Origin: Camelus ferus
Taxonomy: Eukaryota
DNA length: 64,000 nucleotides
Direction: 5' to 3'
Assembly (NCBI RefSeq): GCF_009834535.1
Contig: NC_045697.1
Location: 9,550,001 to 9,614,000 of the forward strand
Part shown: piece by piece, positions 1 through 13,504 of the stretch
Layout: each line of letters begins with the position of its first letter
Numbering within the stretch: the stretch's first letter is position 1
The notes under the pieces: generated by a model
Databases searched by the model: none
Told to the model about the DNA's origin: nothing
The model's input: only the letters and a program-made list of their open reading frames with translations
Position numbers and translations under genes: made by a program

Positions 1-537
1 GCTCTTTACAAATGATATTTGATCATTGACCCCAGAGAAATGGAAGTCATCTTAGCTTTAACCTCATATCTTCAACCTAACGTAACAACACTGTCAAATT
101 ATCATCTGGAGACACGTTTGTATAATACAAAGTCAGGGAACCCCCTCTTTTGTTGGGCAGACCAATTGTCAGCAAAGTTATACATATGGTCACAAGCAAC
201 AAAATCTAGTATCCTATGATTTTCATCCATTCACCCTAGTGTCTTAACTCTCTTAGTTCTGCCTTGTCTTGTTACTTAGAAGAAACCTTTTGCACACAAT
301 GGTGTATTATCAAATATTGAAATATTTTACATTAATGTTTGTATTTGATCATAACTATATATGTCTGTGTGTTTTCATAAGAAGATAGAGAATCAAAAGC
401 TCAAGACCCAAGGGAGACAGAGATGAGAATAAGCAGTTATAATTTGAGAGAAAGAGCCAATGTTCTCACCTTGTTCTACCATTTATTATGTAATATGGCT
501 TCATGATCCTATACTTCTCAGTTGCATCTTCTCAAAC

Positions 538-781
538 AAGGCTTCTCAAACCTCTTATATCATCATCCCACCAAAAAGTGCATTCACATAATGACCCAAT
601 ACACACACACAACTGCACCCACACCTTCACACATATCACTTATCTGCAATACTAGCTCTCCTGTTGTTTTGTTTTTTTTTTCTCCCTAGTCTAGTCTATT
701 TTTTTTCAGATACTGATCATGACTCACAAATTTATTTTGTAATCTGCTAATGTGTAACCACCAGCAATTTGAGAAGCACTG
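538..781 (-). mobile_element. hAT-Charlie MITE, MER112-like
   Basis: Ends ...tttgagaagcactg (reverse complement cagtgcttctcaaa, a Charlie-type terminal inverted repeat). The internal gacccaatacacacacac and ctagtctattttttttcagatactg match recalled MER112. Confidence 0.65.
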
Positions 782-2294
782 TTCTAGACAAATGCTATCT
801 TGACCATGTACCTCTTAACACATAGACTCAGGAACTAAACCATAGGTTCCATCACACTGTATCACATGCTCCAGCATTACATGGCAAAATTCTAAAGCAC
901 TTTAAGTGTCTAACCCACCAAAGTCATCAGGACAGAGGGCAGGTGTGGGCTGCACAAGTGGCAGGGAACAAAATAAGCAGCTCTGAGATCAAGCCCACAT
1001 TTGCTCACTTTCCAGGCTCAGTTTTCTCATTTGTAAAATAGAGGAGTCCCTAACTTAGGAAATAGTTACATCGATTGAATAAGGGAATATAGACAGCGTC
1101 TTTTGCAGAACCCTAGGGGAGTTTTGCAGAAGCCTATATGGCTTTTGATAAATGTGAGCATTTTTATCAATTTACTCTATTAAATAACTGAACCCATTTA
1201 AAAATATAAGTGAAAGTGAACCATGTTTATGCTCCTTCCCAAAGTTTAAGATAAATTTTCTTTCCTGCCCAAAATAAAAGAAAACAAAATCTTCACAGTA
1301 TGCTGAAGTAGGGGTAAAATAACATGGTGCTTTGAAATTTTTCACAAAGAAAGAGAAAAGGGGAAATCAGAATAGATAAAGTAAATGTGACAAACGCCTA
1401 GCAACTGTAGAATTTATTGGTATATGAAGCTCTATTGTAACCATAGTTCTAAATTATTCCAAATAATTAGAAATCTTATACTAGTAATTTTTCCACTTTT
1501 TTGTATTTTTGAAATTTTTCATAATGAAAAGTTTTTTTTTATTATTCAGAAATAAAATAACACAGTATTGACTATGTCACAGTCAGATATGTAGGCAACA
1601 TTCAAATAAAATTAGTTTTTAAGAGAATCCAGGAAATTTATAGAAGAGTTAGGGGAGCGATTTGTGCACAGAGTTCACAGAAGGGAAAAAACTTTAAAAG
1701 AAGTCACCTAATAAACCTAGTTCTTTGTCCATTTTGGTATTCAGTTTGTATTTTCTTGAGAAAGAATGTAAGATAAAACATCTGATCCTTAAGCATCTAA
1801 TACAGCGTGATGTAAAACACAGCGCTGCAGAATTCTGTCTTTGCCTGGAAGTATCTGAGGTCCCCGTATATGAAGGGACATTTGGAGAAATCTCTGCTTT
1901 TGGTCTCAACTCTTACAGGAAGCTTTAGTTTCTCAGAAATGTGGCCTCTTGGAACCACAGGAAACCTTGAGACCTGTTGGTCAATGGTCTCTATACTGTG
2001 TCCGCAGAGCTCCAGGGACTCCATAGAAGAGACTTATTCATTCACCAAGCATTTAATAAGCATCTACTATGTCAGACACCGTAAGAACTCAGTGAACAAA
2101 ACAGAAGCGATTCCCAACCCAACCTAGAATGAGAAGGGGTGGGTCCCCGGGGCTCCAGTTGTTAACTATCTGCTATAAGGTTTTCTTTAGGAGTTAGTGG
2201 TTAACTGTAAGATTTCTTTTAAAGAAGGGGTCTTGGTAAATATGATCCAACACTACTTTAAAATAACTGGCTTATTCTAAACTCTCTTACTTTC

Positions 2295-2410
2295 AGATTA
2301 AAAATTTACAGTGCAAAGAGAGAAACCAGATCGCCTGAGGTTGCATCTAGCTAGTGGCAGGGCCAGGACGAAAACTCAGTGCTGCTGGTTCCCAAGTGGT
2401 TGTCTTTCTC
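2295..2410 (-). mobile_element. MIR fragment
   Basis: cagattaaaaattta...agagagaa...cctgaggttgcatctagctagtggcagggccagga is the antisense MIR core. Confidence 0.6.
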
Positions 2411-2469
2411 CCTCTCCCACTTTATTTCCTGCTGTCTTTTCCCTTGGCAGAATGGCCCAGTGGAAACTC

Positions 2470-2640
2470 ACAGACTTGGAGTGAGGAGTCTGGAGTATGA
2501 ATCCAGATGAATGAATTACATCTTCCTGGCCCAGGGTTTCCTCATTCATAAGATGAGGATATATGTGGTTTGGGAAATCAAATCAGCCAAAGTATCTTGT
2601 ACACTATCTTAAACTGACAAATACTATACAGATGTTAATC
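2470..2640 (+). mobile_element. MIR fragment
   Basis: gacttggagtgaggagtctggagtatgaatcc...gtttcctcattcataagatgaggat is the MIR head and core. Confidence 0.65.
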
Positions 2641-3458
2641 ATTACAGTTTGAGCCCCTGAGTCTTTTTACTGATACTCCTCAAAGCAAAATAATTGAAGA
2701 ATGGAGTAATAAAAGCAAAATGAAAAGAACATAAGATGGGCCAATTGGTCAAATTGTTATAGTTGAGGCAAATAAATAAATAAATATAAAAAATAAAAAT
2801 GTCTGGGTTGCGTCCTGGCCTTGCTGCTTCCTGCGTGACACTGATTGAAAGGGGCCCTGCATGCATGCTGAGGCTCGAGCTCTAGAGAATCAGACAGACC
2901 CTAGACTGGTTCAACTTCTCTACTGCTGCATTGCTTCAGCTGGAAAACTGAAAAGAAACAACAGAGCCTATTTCATTGGGTTTCTTTTTGAGAGGGTACC
3001 TTTAAAGCATTTAGTACAATTTCTGGAACATAGTAGGTGCTCAATGATGATCACAGAGTTATTTTTAACTCTAAAACATTAACAATAATTTCCACTTCAT
3101 AGATATGCATTAGAATTAAATGAACTAAGATTAATTGCATATCCAATAAGCGACTGATGCCTATAAGACACTGAAACTATGTTCTTTCCCTTCCTTTCTC
3201 CTGATGTGTAAAGCCAGCTGCAGCAACTACACTTACTGGAGAACTGTAAGGGGCTTGCCATAAGTTCATTTTCTTCTAAGTCAGTGGCTCCAAATATTTA
3301 GGTTTTGCCATAATCTTCTTGGGATTTATGAAAGAGAAAAAAGCAGCTTCCCTTGTCCTACCTTCTATGGAGAAGGAGCCTAGAAATCTGATGTTTAGCA
3401 AATAATCCCAATACAAACGGTAAAAATGATGGCTGAACACTTCCAGAGCAGTCTAGCC

Positions 3459-3619
3459 CTTGTTACTCAAAGTGTGGTCCTTGATCTAACAGCAGCAACA
3501 TCACCTGGGGATCTGCCAGAAACACAGAATCTTGGCCCCACTCCTGACCTGCTGACTCCATGTCACATTTTAACAAGATCCCCAGGTGATTCTGTGCATG
3601 TCACAGTTGAGATGTGCTG
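3459..3619 (+). mobile_element. hAT-Charlie MITE, MER5A1-like
   Basis: tgttactcaaagtgtggtcc...cagcagcaacatcacctggg...cattttaacaagatcccaggtgattc...gttgagatgtgctg. Confidence 0.8.
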
Positions 3620-4068
3620 GACTAAGCACTGTCTCTAGGGAGTTAGCCAACTGATGGTCACTTGGATCTCATTTGCTTCTTCTCCTCTAAGAACATATCT
3701 TCATTATATTTCACGGTAAGTGTTAGCTTTGTAAAAGACTGATAGGAAAAAATGGGCATAGTAAGACAGCTCAACACTTCCAATGAGTTTTGTCAGAGAT
3801 TTTGACCATTATATTATTCAGAGTCTTTTTTTTAAAATACTACATAAGTTAATTTTAAAAGAATATTGCTGTTAAAATATTGCTCTCTTGACGATTTTAA
3901 TTTGTATTTAAGAAAATGTGAGGGACAAATGATTAGGAATTTTTTCACTGGCTGCTATCCCAAAATTAAATTTGATATTCAATTTCAGTAATTTTGTTAG
4001 CCTGTTTTGGGTATGTTAGTCCTCTTCCCATCAGAATATTTCCAACTTTTCTATTGCCCTTTCAAAGA

Positions 4069-4560
4069 TTTTTTTTTTTAAACTTAGGTATAATTTATAT
4101 ACTTAAAGTGCCCAGGCCAATGCATTTTTCCATATGTATTCTCCCATATGACTAACACCCAGAACAAGATATAGAATATCATCTAGTCCCCATAAGCTTA
4201 ACTTGGGCCACTTCCCAACCAATAGCTACCAGACTTCAGCCCATTATTCTGGCTTTTATCACACAGATTACTTTTGGCCATTCTTGAACTTCATACAAAT
4301 TGAATCATGTGTCTGGCTTCTCTTATTTAATATAACCTCTTTAAAACCCACCCACATTGTTGAGTTTACCACTGTTTGTTCTTTTTATTGCTGTATCACA
4401 TTCTCTTGTATAAATACATCATTTTTTACCCATATTTCCGTTGATGAACATATGAGTTGTTTCAGAGTATTATAAATCTGACAAGAACATTTATGTATAA
4501 TTGTTTCGGTGAATATGTACACTTACTACTACAGAGTATATACCTTGGAATGAATTGCCT
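4069..4560 (-). mobile_element. Old L1 (L1ME-like) 3' end
   Basis: T-run, then ggtataatttatatac...aacacccagaacaagatatagaatat...ttcttgaacttcatacaaat...gttgatgaacatatgagttgtttc...tatataccttggaatgaattgc; the antisense L1M 3' UTR and ORF2 end. Confidence 0.8.
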
Positions 4561-6359
4561 TTTTAATAGTCTTCTGTGTATCTGAGTAAATTCTTTCTGG
4601 CTATGGGTAGGTATAGGATGGGAAGAAAAGACAAAAAGGGACAAGAAGAAAGAAACATAAGAGGAAAAGGACTAAAGAAAGCAATGTAACAGCATTTCAA
4701 AATTGCGTGCTATGGTGTAGGGGGAGAGAGCTGGGTAAGCAATCTGGAACCCTGAGATTCTTCTACTTTAAGCAAATCACTTCTTTCTAAAGGTTAGTTT
4801 ATTAGTTTAGTCCTGAAGATGGGTTGGTAGACTAGATGCCTTCAATGATCCTTTCCACCTTGATAATTTAGGAATTTCACAAGAATTTTTTTTTCTTAAG
4901 TAAATTACCTGGATGTTTGAAAAGGGGATACACTGAAGAATACTTTGTGATTAACAGATCATAGAGAGAGGAGATTTCTAGAACTTTTCCTTCAAATGTT
5001 GAAGACTATTTTTCTTGCCAGTCCTATCTGTCTCTATTCCTTCCTGAATCCTTCTTCCAGAAACGGATGTTGTTAAGTCAACCAATCAGAGCCCACATTA
5101 ACTGGAGAGCAAGGCCATTGTGCCTTGTAGGTCAGAAGCCCAGGTTGCCCTGTCTCTTTCTTATTCTGCCTCTTAGTGCTATAAACTCTCCCAGGCAGGG
5201 CCTGAGCTCTAGGGAGGCTGGTTTCCTTCTTAGCTTCCCTCTTCTCACCCCAACTGCTTGGCTGAGTGAATATATTGAACTTGGTGCCTAAGCGGGTACC
5301 TAAATGTCCACCTAAATGCCTGTAGACAAGCTTTAGCCCATGAGTCCCAGTCTTCAAATATGAGGGGGAGAAGACATCCCACTTCATCCCTACTCTATCA
5401 CTTTCTACCTCAAAGTTATCAAAGGTCTGTATATTAGTAGGTACTGAATTCTTGGCTGTTAACAAAGCATTTTTCTTCTGGTTGAGAGAGAATTTCTTTT
5501 TTTCCTTTTTTCCCCTTGTGTGTAGCATTCCCTTAGTAAAGAGTCCAAGAAAGGAAAAGGAAGAAGAGTGGCAGGATTACTCAGACTCCCTCAAGGCCTT
5601 CAGGCAGAAGATGTTGAGAGATCTCAGAAATTCTATATCCAGGGCAGTCATAAGTTGTGCCAAGAAAAGGGAGTTGTTAAAACAAGGAGCCATGGGGAGA
5701 ATCCTGGCATTAATTGTGGCTGCCAGGAAGCCGCACTCCATAAACATCCAAACCACAAACCCCAGAGCCACAGATCACGAAGGTGGCTGGGGCTGGGATG
5801 CCAATGGAAATGAAGGTGCTAAGGAGAGGCAGGAGCTTGAGAACCACATTACACTTCCAGACTCACCTGCAGGAGGACCTGGCATGTCATGGTGTGCTGA
5901 TCTGATCATGTGTCATATGTTTCACCTGAACTTTTCTCTTTGTATCACACATTTAAAACACATTTATCTGTTTCAGCAGATTATATTATTATAAGGCTTT
6001 ATATACCCTCTCCACATGGGAGTGGGGTGGGGGGGACGTTTAGAATGATTAAGTCACCTGGCCTAGCACTCACAATGAGTGATGAAATCAACTTTAGTAT
6101 TTGTCTGACTGAAAAAACCACAGCACCTTTGTCATCACCAGCTTGCTCCATCTGAAACTTCACAAATGAAGACAGTAACTCAGGATGCCAATGTGCATTG
6201 TTGGAGCCAGGACAGGAATCTGGCGCTCTTGCCTCACCCCTGGGTCAGCTCCAGGTCTACTGCTCTGTCTTGTTCATGCCAGAACAAAGCAAAGTCCCCT
6301 GTGGAGTTCAAGACAATTTCTGAAATGTCATGGAGGGATTGTTTTGCCATTTCCCTTTT

Positions 6360-6600
6360 AAAGACTCAGGTACTGGAGTCATCTTGCCTTGGTTTGAAGC
6401 CTAGATCTGCCATTTGGAGTGTCACATTAGCAAGTTACTTAGTTTTCCTGTGCTTTAGGGTCCTCATCTATAAAACAGGGAAGATATCAATCTTTTCTAT
6501 CCAGTGTTATGAAGACTAAATGAGATAATCCATGCAATTACTTTACCATTAAATTGGGCATGTAATTCACAACACCATCCACAGTAGCCATTATTATTTC
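6360..6600 (+). mobile_element. MIR
   Basis: ctggagtca...ggtttgaagcctagatctgcca...gcaagttactta...cctcatctataaaacaggg...taaatgagataat. Confidence 0.8.
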
Positions 6601-7329
6601 TGCTCTGTTTCTGACTCATTACCAGGCAAGGCAGTTGCACTGGAAGATCAGAGGCTTGGGAATGGGGACGGTGGTCATTTGTCCTATGAAATGAGACTAT
6701 GCAGGTACACTGCCCTGGGGACTGGGATCAGACCCATGTCTTAGATCAGAGCAAACGTCAAGTCCATGGCCCATCCTCATAGTTATCCACAGGTTAATTC
6801 ATTGAAATGTGGCAGACACTGAGCTGGGCTCCAAGCTCCAGAAATTAAAGAGAACAGAGTTCCTTCCTGACAGCTCAACTCAGGAAAAGCATAGCAATGA
6901 ATGAAGACAGTGTCCTACTGTGTTGAGGAAGAGATGAGACCTAATCTGTCTGCTGATGTAGGGCCCTCAGTTAGACAAGACAGGCCACCAACAAGCCTCT
7001 TTGCTTTACAATCTGATAGATCTCCTTGGAGGAATAGGAGACAATGCTCTAGGCCTGAATATCAAGACTGGGAATAAGACTGAGGAACAGGGCAAGGGTG
7101 ACTTCTCCCTGAGAATGGTTCTCCTCTCTGGGCCTTTAATCTCTCATCTGTAAGATGGGTATATTCAACTGTCAATGTTGCTATAAGAATTAAAGAGGAA
7201 ATATTTATGGCAAGTAGCAAGCACATACTAAATATTAATTTAATAATAATGGTATACTTTAGGTTTCAAAAAAATGTTAAATTAAAGTGTTCTCTGAATC
7301 AGATCTAGGTTAATTTGTCCCAAGACTCT

Positions 7330-7770
7330 TGGATTCTCACTCCCAGGAATCTTTCCTGTAGAACCAAAAGGAACAGTATGCAAGGGTGTTTATTGCAACA
7401 TTGTCTCATGGAGCGAAAAAAAATTAGAAACAAAAGACATACTCATAGTCAGATAAGACTAAACAGATTTTAGTTCATCTGTATTCTTCCTGGAATACTT
7501 ACCAGCCATTGAAATTAATTTGACTAATAAGAGTTAACTTGATGGGATTTATACTAACTACTGAAAAAGTAAGAAAAATAAGATGTAGAGAAATGTATGT
7601 AAGATACAATTGAGTTTTTCTAAAGCAAACAATGAATTCCCAGATCCCTTTGTTTATACATTTATAGTGAATTGATGTCTATATGTTTGTAAATTGTTAC
7701 AGGAGCATGAAGAAGCTGCATACAAAGATGAATTTCTGGTTGTTAACAAGGGTTGAGGAGAGGGGAAGGA
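7330..7770 (+). mobile_element. Old L1 (L1ME-like) ORF2 end and 3' UTR
   Basis: attctcactcccaggaatctttcct...caagggtgtttattgcaacattg...ggaatacttaccagccatt. Confidence 0.65.
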
Positions 7771-7949
7771 AAAAATGTGAGGCAAGAAAAACAGTAGACA
7801 TAGGAAATAAAAATAAAAGAAAAGTTAGAAAGAAAGACACAAATAATGTTTGGTATAATCTCATTTGTGTAAAATACCAGTTTATTAAAAAATTAGAATA
7901 AAAAGATTATGTTTGTGTATACGCACATACACACTGATTTGTAAGAATG

Positions 7950-8785
7950 TTCACCAATCAATTGACAAAATTTTATTGAGCACCTACTAGAGGCCAAACC
8001 TTGTTCTAAGGATATGGCAGTGAAAAAAAAAAAGGCACAAAAATTTCTGCCATTGCGGCTTGGACAGAGACAAAATAATGAAAGCACTCTATTATACTGT
8101 ATACTTACAATAATTATATTACTGAAAGTTAATAAGTGTTGTGTATAAAATTAAGTCTTAGAAAACAGGTACAGAATGTTATGGGTGCAGTTTTAAAATG
8201 GGTGGGTGAACAAGTGTTCACTGAAAAGGTAATATTTGAATAAAGACTTGAAGGCGTGGAATAAAGGTGGAAGCAGAGAGGTCAGTGAGGCAACTAGAGC
8301 AATAATGCACGTGAGAGACAGTGGTGGCTTAAACTGGGACAGAGATGATGCAGGAGGTTGGAAGTGGTTGGACTTTGAATATACTCTGAAAGAGAGCTGG
8401 AAGGATTTGCTGAGGGACTTGATGTAGCATTAGAAAGACAGAGAGGACACACATGCAAAATACAGGATTGTTGGGAGCTGAGCCAGTGGAGTGATGGAAT
8501 TTCTATTAACTAAGATGGGGCAGAGCACAAGTAGAGTCTGTTTTGGGGAGAATGTTAGGTTTTTCATGTTGGACTTGTTAAGTTTAAGTACCTATGACAT
8601 AGGCCAATAGTGAAGATGGGTAGGCAGTAGGTTGTTCAAGTCTAAAATTCAGACAAGCGTCCCATTTGACAGTATAAATTTGGAAGTCGACAACCTTAAG
8701 ATTTTTAGTGACTTGGAACTGAATGATATCGCCAAGGAAATAATAGGTGGACTAGAGAAGAGATCCAAGGACCAAACCCTGGATG
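7950..8785 (-). mobile_element. L2 LINE 3' portion
   Basis: Antisense L2 tail (ttttattgagcacctactag...ttctaaggatatggcagtgaa) and body (gagagacagtggtggctt...aaggatttgctgagggacttgatgt...ggacttgttaagttt). Confidence 0.8.
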
Positions 8786-9579
8786 ATAATAGCCATGATT
8801 TATGTAATATATTCATGATATATGCATGATACATCATGAAATTTTAAAAGCAAGGTTCAAAGTAACATGTATAGGATGACTATTTGGTGAAAAAGAAATC
8901 TAAGTAAACCTTTACATTATTTTATATAATATGTATATAAGACAAGGGGAAAAATGGGGGGATACACATAAGTTCATTAACATTGTCTACTTTAGAGACA
9001 TGGAAATGGTTGTATCACTGAGGAAGGGATCATTAGCTATGCGTTTATACATTTTTTAAATTTACTTGTTGAACAGACAATTTTTATAATATATAAAACC
9101 TGAAATGAAAGAACAAAAGTTGTTTGCATCCTGCCAAAATAGTAATTTCTGATTTCCCTCTGGATGGGAGAAATAATCATGCAAATTCTTAGTAAAGCAC
9201 AATATAAACATTAAGGCCAAATTGGAAAGACAGAAAGCCTCCTTCTTCTTTGCAGTTATGCAGCACATCAGCCCAAGATTCCAAGGAAGGAAGCTGGCAT
9301 TGAAGATTTGTCTTGAGCAAGAACCCAGCTCCAGGGAAAGCTTCAGCTAATCTTTGGCTGTGATTAACCGAACCAGAGAAGAGCTGCGACTATTCTGAGA
9401 GCTCTGAGATGACAACTGGGAAAAGTACATCCATTTAGGCAGGAAAGTTCAAATGGAAAACATAAGCAGCAGCAAGAAAAGAACCCCATAGGCTGGGTTG
9501 CAACAGGAGGAAGAGTCTATCTTTCTACTGGTTTCTGGGACAATTGCTGGTTAGAAAACAGATGTCACTTGTCTCATAT

Positions 9580-9870
9580 ATTGGATGAGACTACTGGTTC
9601 TGGACTCACATTGACTTGATTCCAGTACTAGTTTCTTGCCAACTTGCCTATGGCAAGTTATCATAGCTCTCTGCATCTCAGTCTCTCTCACGTAAAAATG
9701 GTGTGATGATGATGATGATGGTGATGATGATAGTAATAATAACAGAGGTTGGGGGGGTTGGATTAAATAAGGTTATATCTAACCAATAAAATCCCTAACT
9801 CAGTGCCCGGTCAGTACCTAACTCAGCAATCATGTAATTAAAATTTGCTGTTATTACATTATTGTTATTA
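9580..9870 (+). mobile_element. MIR with internal (TGA)n tract
   Basis: ggcaagttatcatagctctctgcatctcagtctctctcacgtaaaaatgg, then (tga)n at about 9705-9730, then gattaaataag...gctgttatta. Confidence 0.7.
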
Positions 9871-9907
9871 TAATTAGTAGCTTTTCAGTAAAATCTGTTT
9901 GTTTAAG

Positions 9908-10281
9908 GCTATGGGTTGATTTGTGTTTATCAGAAAAATATGTTCATGTCCTCATGCCTGGAATCTGTGAATATGAATTCATCTGGAAACAGAAGCTTTG
10001 CAGATGTACACAAGTTAAAATGAATTCATACTGGATGAGGGTGGGTCTCTAATCCAGTGATACAACTGCAAAGGGAAGAACACTAAGGGTTGCCAGCCGC
10101 CACCTGAGGCTAGGAGAAAGGCATGGAGCACACTTTCCTTCAGAGCCGCCAGAAGGAATTAACCATGTCAGCATTTTGATTTTAGATTTCTAGCGTCCAT
10201 AACTGTGAGACAATAAATTTATGTCATTTAAGCTACCAAGATTGTAGTCTTCCATTGTGGCAGATGTAGGAAATTCATACC
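9908..10281 (+). mobile_element. MaLR solo LTR, MLT1B/C-like
   Basis: atgggttgatttgtg...ctttgcagatgta...gggtgggtctctaatccagtga...aactgtgagacaataaattt...taagctaccaag...aggaaattcatac. Confidence 0.85.
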
Positions 10282-10939
10282 ATTAAAGATAGGAAAGAAA
10301 TTGGTGAACTTTGCTAGCAGTTGCCCCAACACCACAAAAGCCACTTTGGTCTGAGGATTCATTTAGAATTTGGACATGTTGATTACTGAACATAAAGTGG
10401 AATATTCCTTTATCCCTTTTATTTAGTGAAACTTTATATAGTTTATGGACTTCTAATACATCAAAGAAGATGAGACAGCCACAGGCCTTCCTGGGAAACT
10501 CTACAGGCACACTGAATAAATTTCTATTGAACCAAATGGACTGAATTGAATTTCAACATAGAACAGGGTCTTGCTAGAGCCTTGAATCACCATTAAAACT
10601 AAAACTAATGGTCTGTTTTTTTTTCAAACTATATAGCCAAAATACTAATAGCTATCAACCATTATGCTTGCTAGGTGCCTTCCTTATTCAAAGCATTTTG
10701 CATTTATTTACCTATTTAACTCACTACAACCCTATGTAATAGAAAGAAAAAGCAGTTGATACAATAGATTTTTTACTTATAGTAAAAAAGTATTATGTGA
10801 ATGAACCTCGGAAAGTGCCCAACACATATCAATGCATACGACAGATCAGACTACCAGATATTCACATTCCTGTACTACGGTTCAGAGTGGTTGCTAGGAA
10901 ATAGTTGCCAAGCCATTGGCTGTATGTCCCCAATCTCCT

Positions 10940-11225
10940 GGCATTACTCTATGTGGGACCCTGTTACTCATTTTTTGATAATATGAGCAGAAGTGCGTTA
11001 TGTAAACTTCATACCAAGGAATTTAAATAGAAGATAAAAGTTCACCATATTCTCTCTCTCCCTTCTGCATGAAGCCTGGAATTCTAGTGATGAGTATGAG
11101 GGCTTTCCAAGCTTAAATATTCATTGGCGCCACAGCGCCCAGGAGGACTGCCCCACTGGGAATCCTGACATTGCTAAGCCACCGTGGATCTCTTTGTTAT
11201 AGCATTTAGCCCATCCCTTGCTTAT
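10940..11225 (+). mobile_element. Degraded MLT1 (H/I/J-like) LTR fragment
   Basis: aatatgagcagaagtg...taagccacc...tctttgttatagca...tagcccatccct resembles an MLT1 3' end. Confidence 0.45.
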
Positions 11226-12029
11226 CATTATTATTGTCATCATTAGAATTATCATCTTATTATTAACTTTTTACTTTTCAGAGAAAAGAATGGACACTTG
11301 AAACTCCACTGTTACAATGCAGTTATCCCAACTGAAGAAACTTTGCAGCCTGGTGACCCACGACAACGTCTCTAATGTCTGAAGTTTAGGTCAAGAGAAA
11401 AATCTTCCTTGATGCATTTGTTCATTTTCTTTCCGAGTCCCTTTCAAACAGCAAAGTGAAGAGCCTATTTCTCCTGAAGTGCTTGGGAATGACACCTCTG
11501 CTGAAGACTGCTGGCTCTCAGGCTGTGCTTCTTGGCTGCAGATAGGGCTGGCGGCTAGACTTGGCTAATCGAGCTCACTTAGCCCTTATGTCTGGTGTCA
11601 TGAGTAAATTGGGAACATGACCACAACACTGAGCAGCTAAGCAAATGACAGACTTGTTCGTCTCAGACAGCAACATAAGTTTGTAACTTTCCAATGTTCT
11701 CTGGAAAGAGAAAACAAGAGAAATGAGTTGTTACAGTATTAGGTACCATCAGGAAGAACGTCTTTGATAGTCGGTCTTCTCTCTCCTGATATTAACTGAT
11801 TGAAACTGGTAAGGGGACATTTCCTTAACATTTCACTACTTCATTTTCTCCAGGGTAATATATTGGACATTATTAGATTCGGGTTTTTTTCCCCCTAAAT
11901 CTATCCAATTGTTATTAATTCAAGGTCTGCATCCAAGTCAAGATGGGGGAAGCAAAGCATTTAGAACAATTCATTGAATAATGTGTTATAAGAACTTCAA
12001 AAAAAAACTTTCCTCTCCTTGTCATTCAT

Positions 12030-12145
12030 CAGCCACTGTCACAGCTATTCAACTCTGCCACTATAGCATGAGAGCAGTCATAGGCAATATGTAAATGACT
12101 GGGCATGGTTGTATGGCAATAAAACTTTATTTATAAAACAAACAT
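12030..12145 (+). mobile_element. hAT-Charlie MITE, MER58A-like fragment
   Basis: ctgtcacagctattcaactctgccactatagcatgagagcagtcataggcaatatgtaaatgactgggcatggttgtatggcaataaaactttatttataaaac. Confidence 0.85.
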
Positions 12146-12619
12146 TGAAACAGAATTTCAAACATAGGGAAATGCAAGTGCAACAAACTTAAGGCATTAA
12201 TGTGAATGGCATGTTCAAAGGAATAAAAGATCTGCTGACCAGAGATTAATGAACAAGGAGGATACCAGTGTGATAAGAGGTCCAAGAGGCATCAGGGGCC
12301 AGGTCAGGCAGGGTGCCATAGGCAACAATTTAGCTTTAAGTCTATGTGTTTCTGATGGATAAGATGTATAGTGAGGGAAAGAGAGATACAAAGTCAGATT
12401 ACTAAATATTTTACTTGAGAAACAAAATTGCCCGTAATGGGAGACTGGAAAAATGTGGGGAACAGAACTAAAAATTATCTTTTGGCCAACACATAATTTG
12501 CAAATCATATTTCCTACAAAAAAGCTGAAACAATAGTGATCCATTTTTTTCAGTCTTAAACTCTGATTCTCATAGTACTCACAATTATATATCACTGTTT
12601 GGCATCCTGGAAGGAAGGT

Positions 12620-12840
12620 AGACTTCAGTGTAGACAGAATCGGTTGAAATGCTGACTCTCACACTGTCTAGCTGTGTGGGAAAAGCTGTGTGGAAAAAGC
12701 CAAAGGAAGGCCATTCTCTCTGAGTCTCTGTTTTCCCATCTGGGAAGTAAGTTTATTACTAGCCACCTCCCAGAGTTGTTTTGAAGAAAAATTCTTAATG
12801 AAGAATATGGAATAACATAGATTTTCCATAAACATTGCTT
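12620..12840 (+). mobile_element. MIR
   Basis: gacttcagtgtagacaga...ctagctgtgtg...tctctgagtctctgttttcccatctgg. Confidence 0.65.
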
Positions 12841-13034
12841 TCCTTCCTTCTCATTTATGTATTCATCCTATAAATATTTATTGCATTTTGTGCCAAGTAT
12901 GTGTCAGACACTGCTCCAAGCATAGGTATAGAGATGTGAGCAAGAATAATAAATCTCAGCCTTCATGAAACACACGTGGATCCTTATTGGATTATATATA
13001 GATATGGATGTGGATATGCATATAAATACAGATC

Positions 13035-13246
13035 ACTTATTCTCAAACAGAGATGATTTTGTCCCTAAGAAGACAGTTGACAATGTCCAGTTATATGTAT
13101 TGCTGTCATACTGGGGGTAGATGCTACCGACATCTGGTGGGTAGAGGTTAGGGATTCTGCTGATTTTGCTACAAAGCACAGGACAGCCTCACCCACCACA
13201 AAGAATTATTCAGCCCAAAATTCCAATAGCATGTTAAGAAACCTTG
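13035..13246 (+). mobile_element. hAT-Charlie MITE, MER20
   Basis: ttctcaaac...gattttgtccc...gacaatgtc...catctggtgggtagaggttagggattctgct...gcacaggacagcc...aaagaattattcagcccaaaat...gttaagaaacc. Confidence 0.9.
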
Positions 13247-13504
13247 GTTTAGAGATGTGTGTGGTGTGTTAAAATAATTTTTAAAAATAACTATGAAGAG
13301 TACAGAAAGGAAAATTAAAGAGTGCTTTATAGGTTTAGCTGAAGAAGGGAACCCTGAATAGAATAGATGCCTTGTCCTGGTAATTTCTGAAAGAAGAATT
13401 TCCCAAACAGAAAGTTCAGGACTTGTAACTGACCACCAGCATAACTTTTAAAGAACCTTGTCTCCAGCTGTAAATGTGAATTCAAAATCCATGCGGTTTC
13501 TTAT

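Noticed and set aside
5080..5185. CCAAT box (aaccaatcag) and TATAAA as a promoter
   Set aside because: The TATAAA lies in what looks like an L2 3' remnant, the spacing is long and there is no CpG enrichment.
5452..5994. Longest ORF (180 aa)
   Set aside because: Non-ATG start, no recognisable domain and low-complexity segments; consistent with a chance frame.
9241..9420. Strong-looking splice acceptor ccttcttctttgcag
   Set aside because: All three frames stop within about 100 nt and I found no convincing donor.
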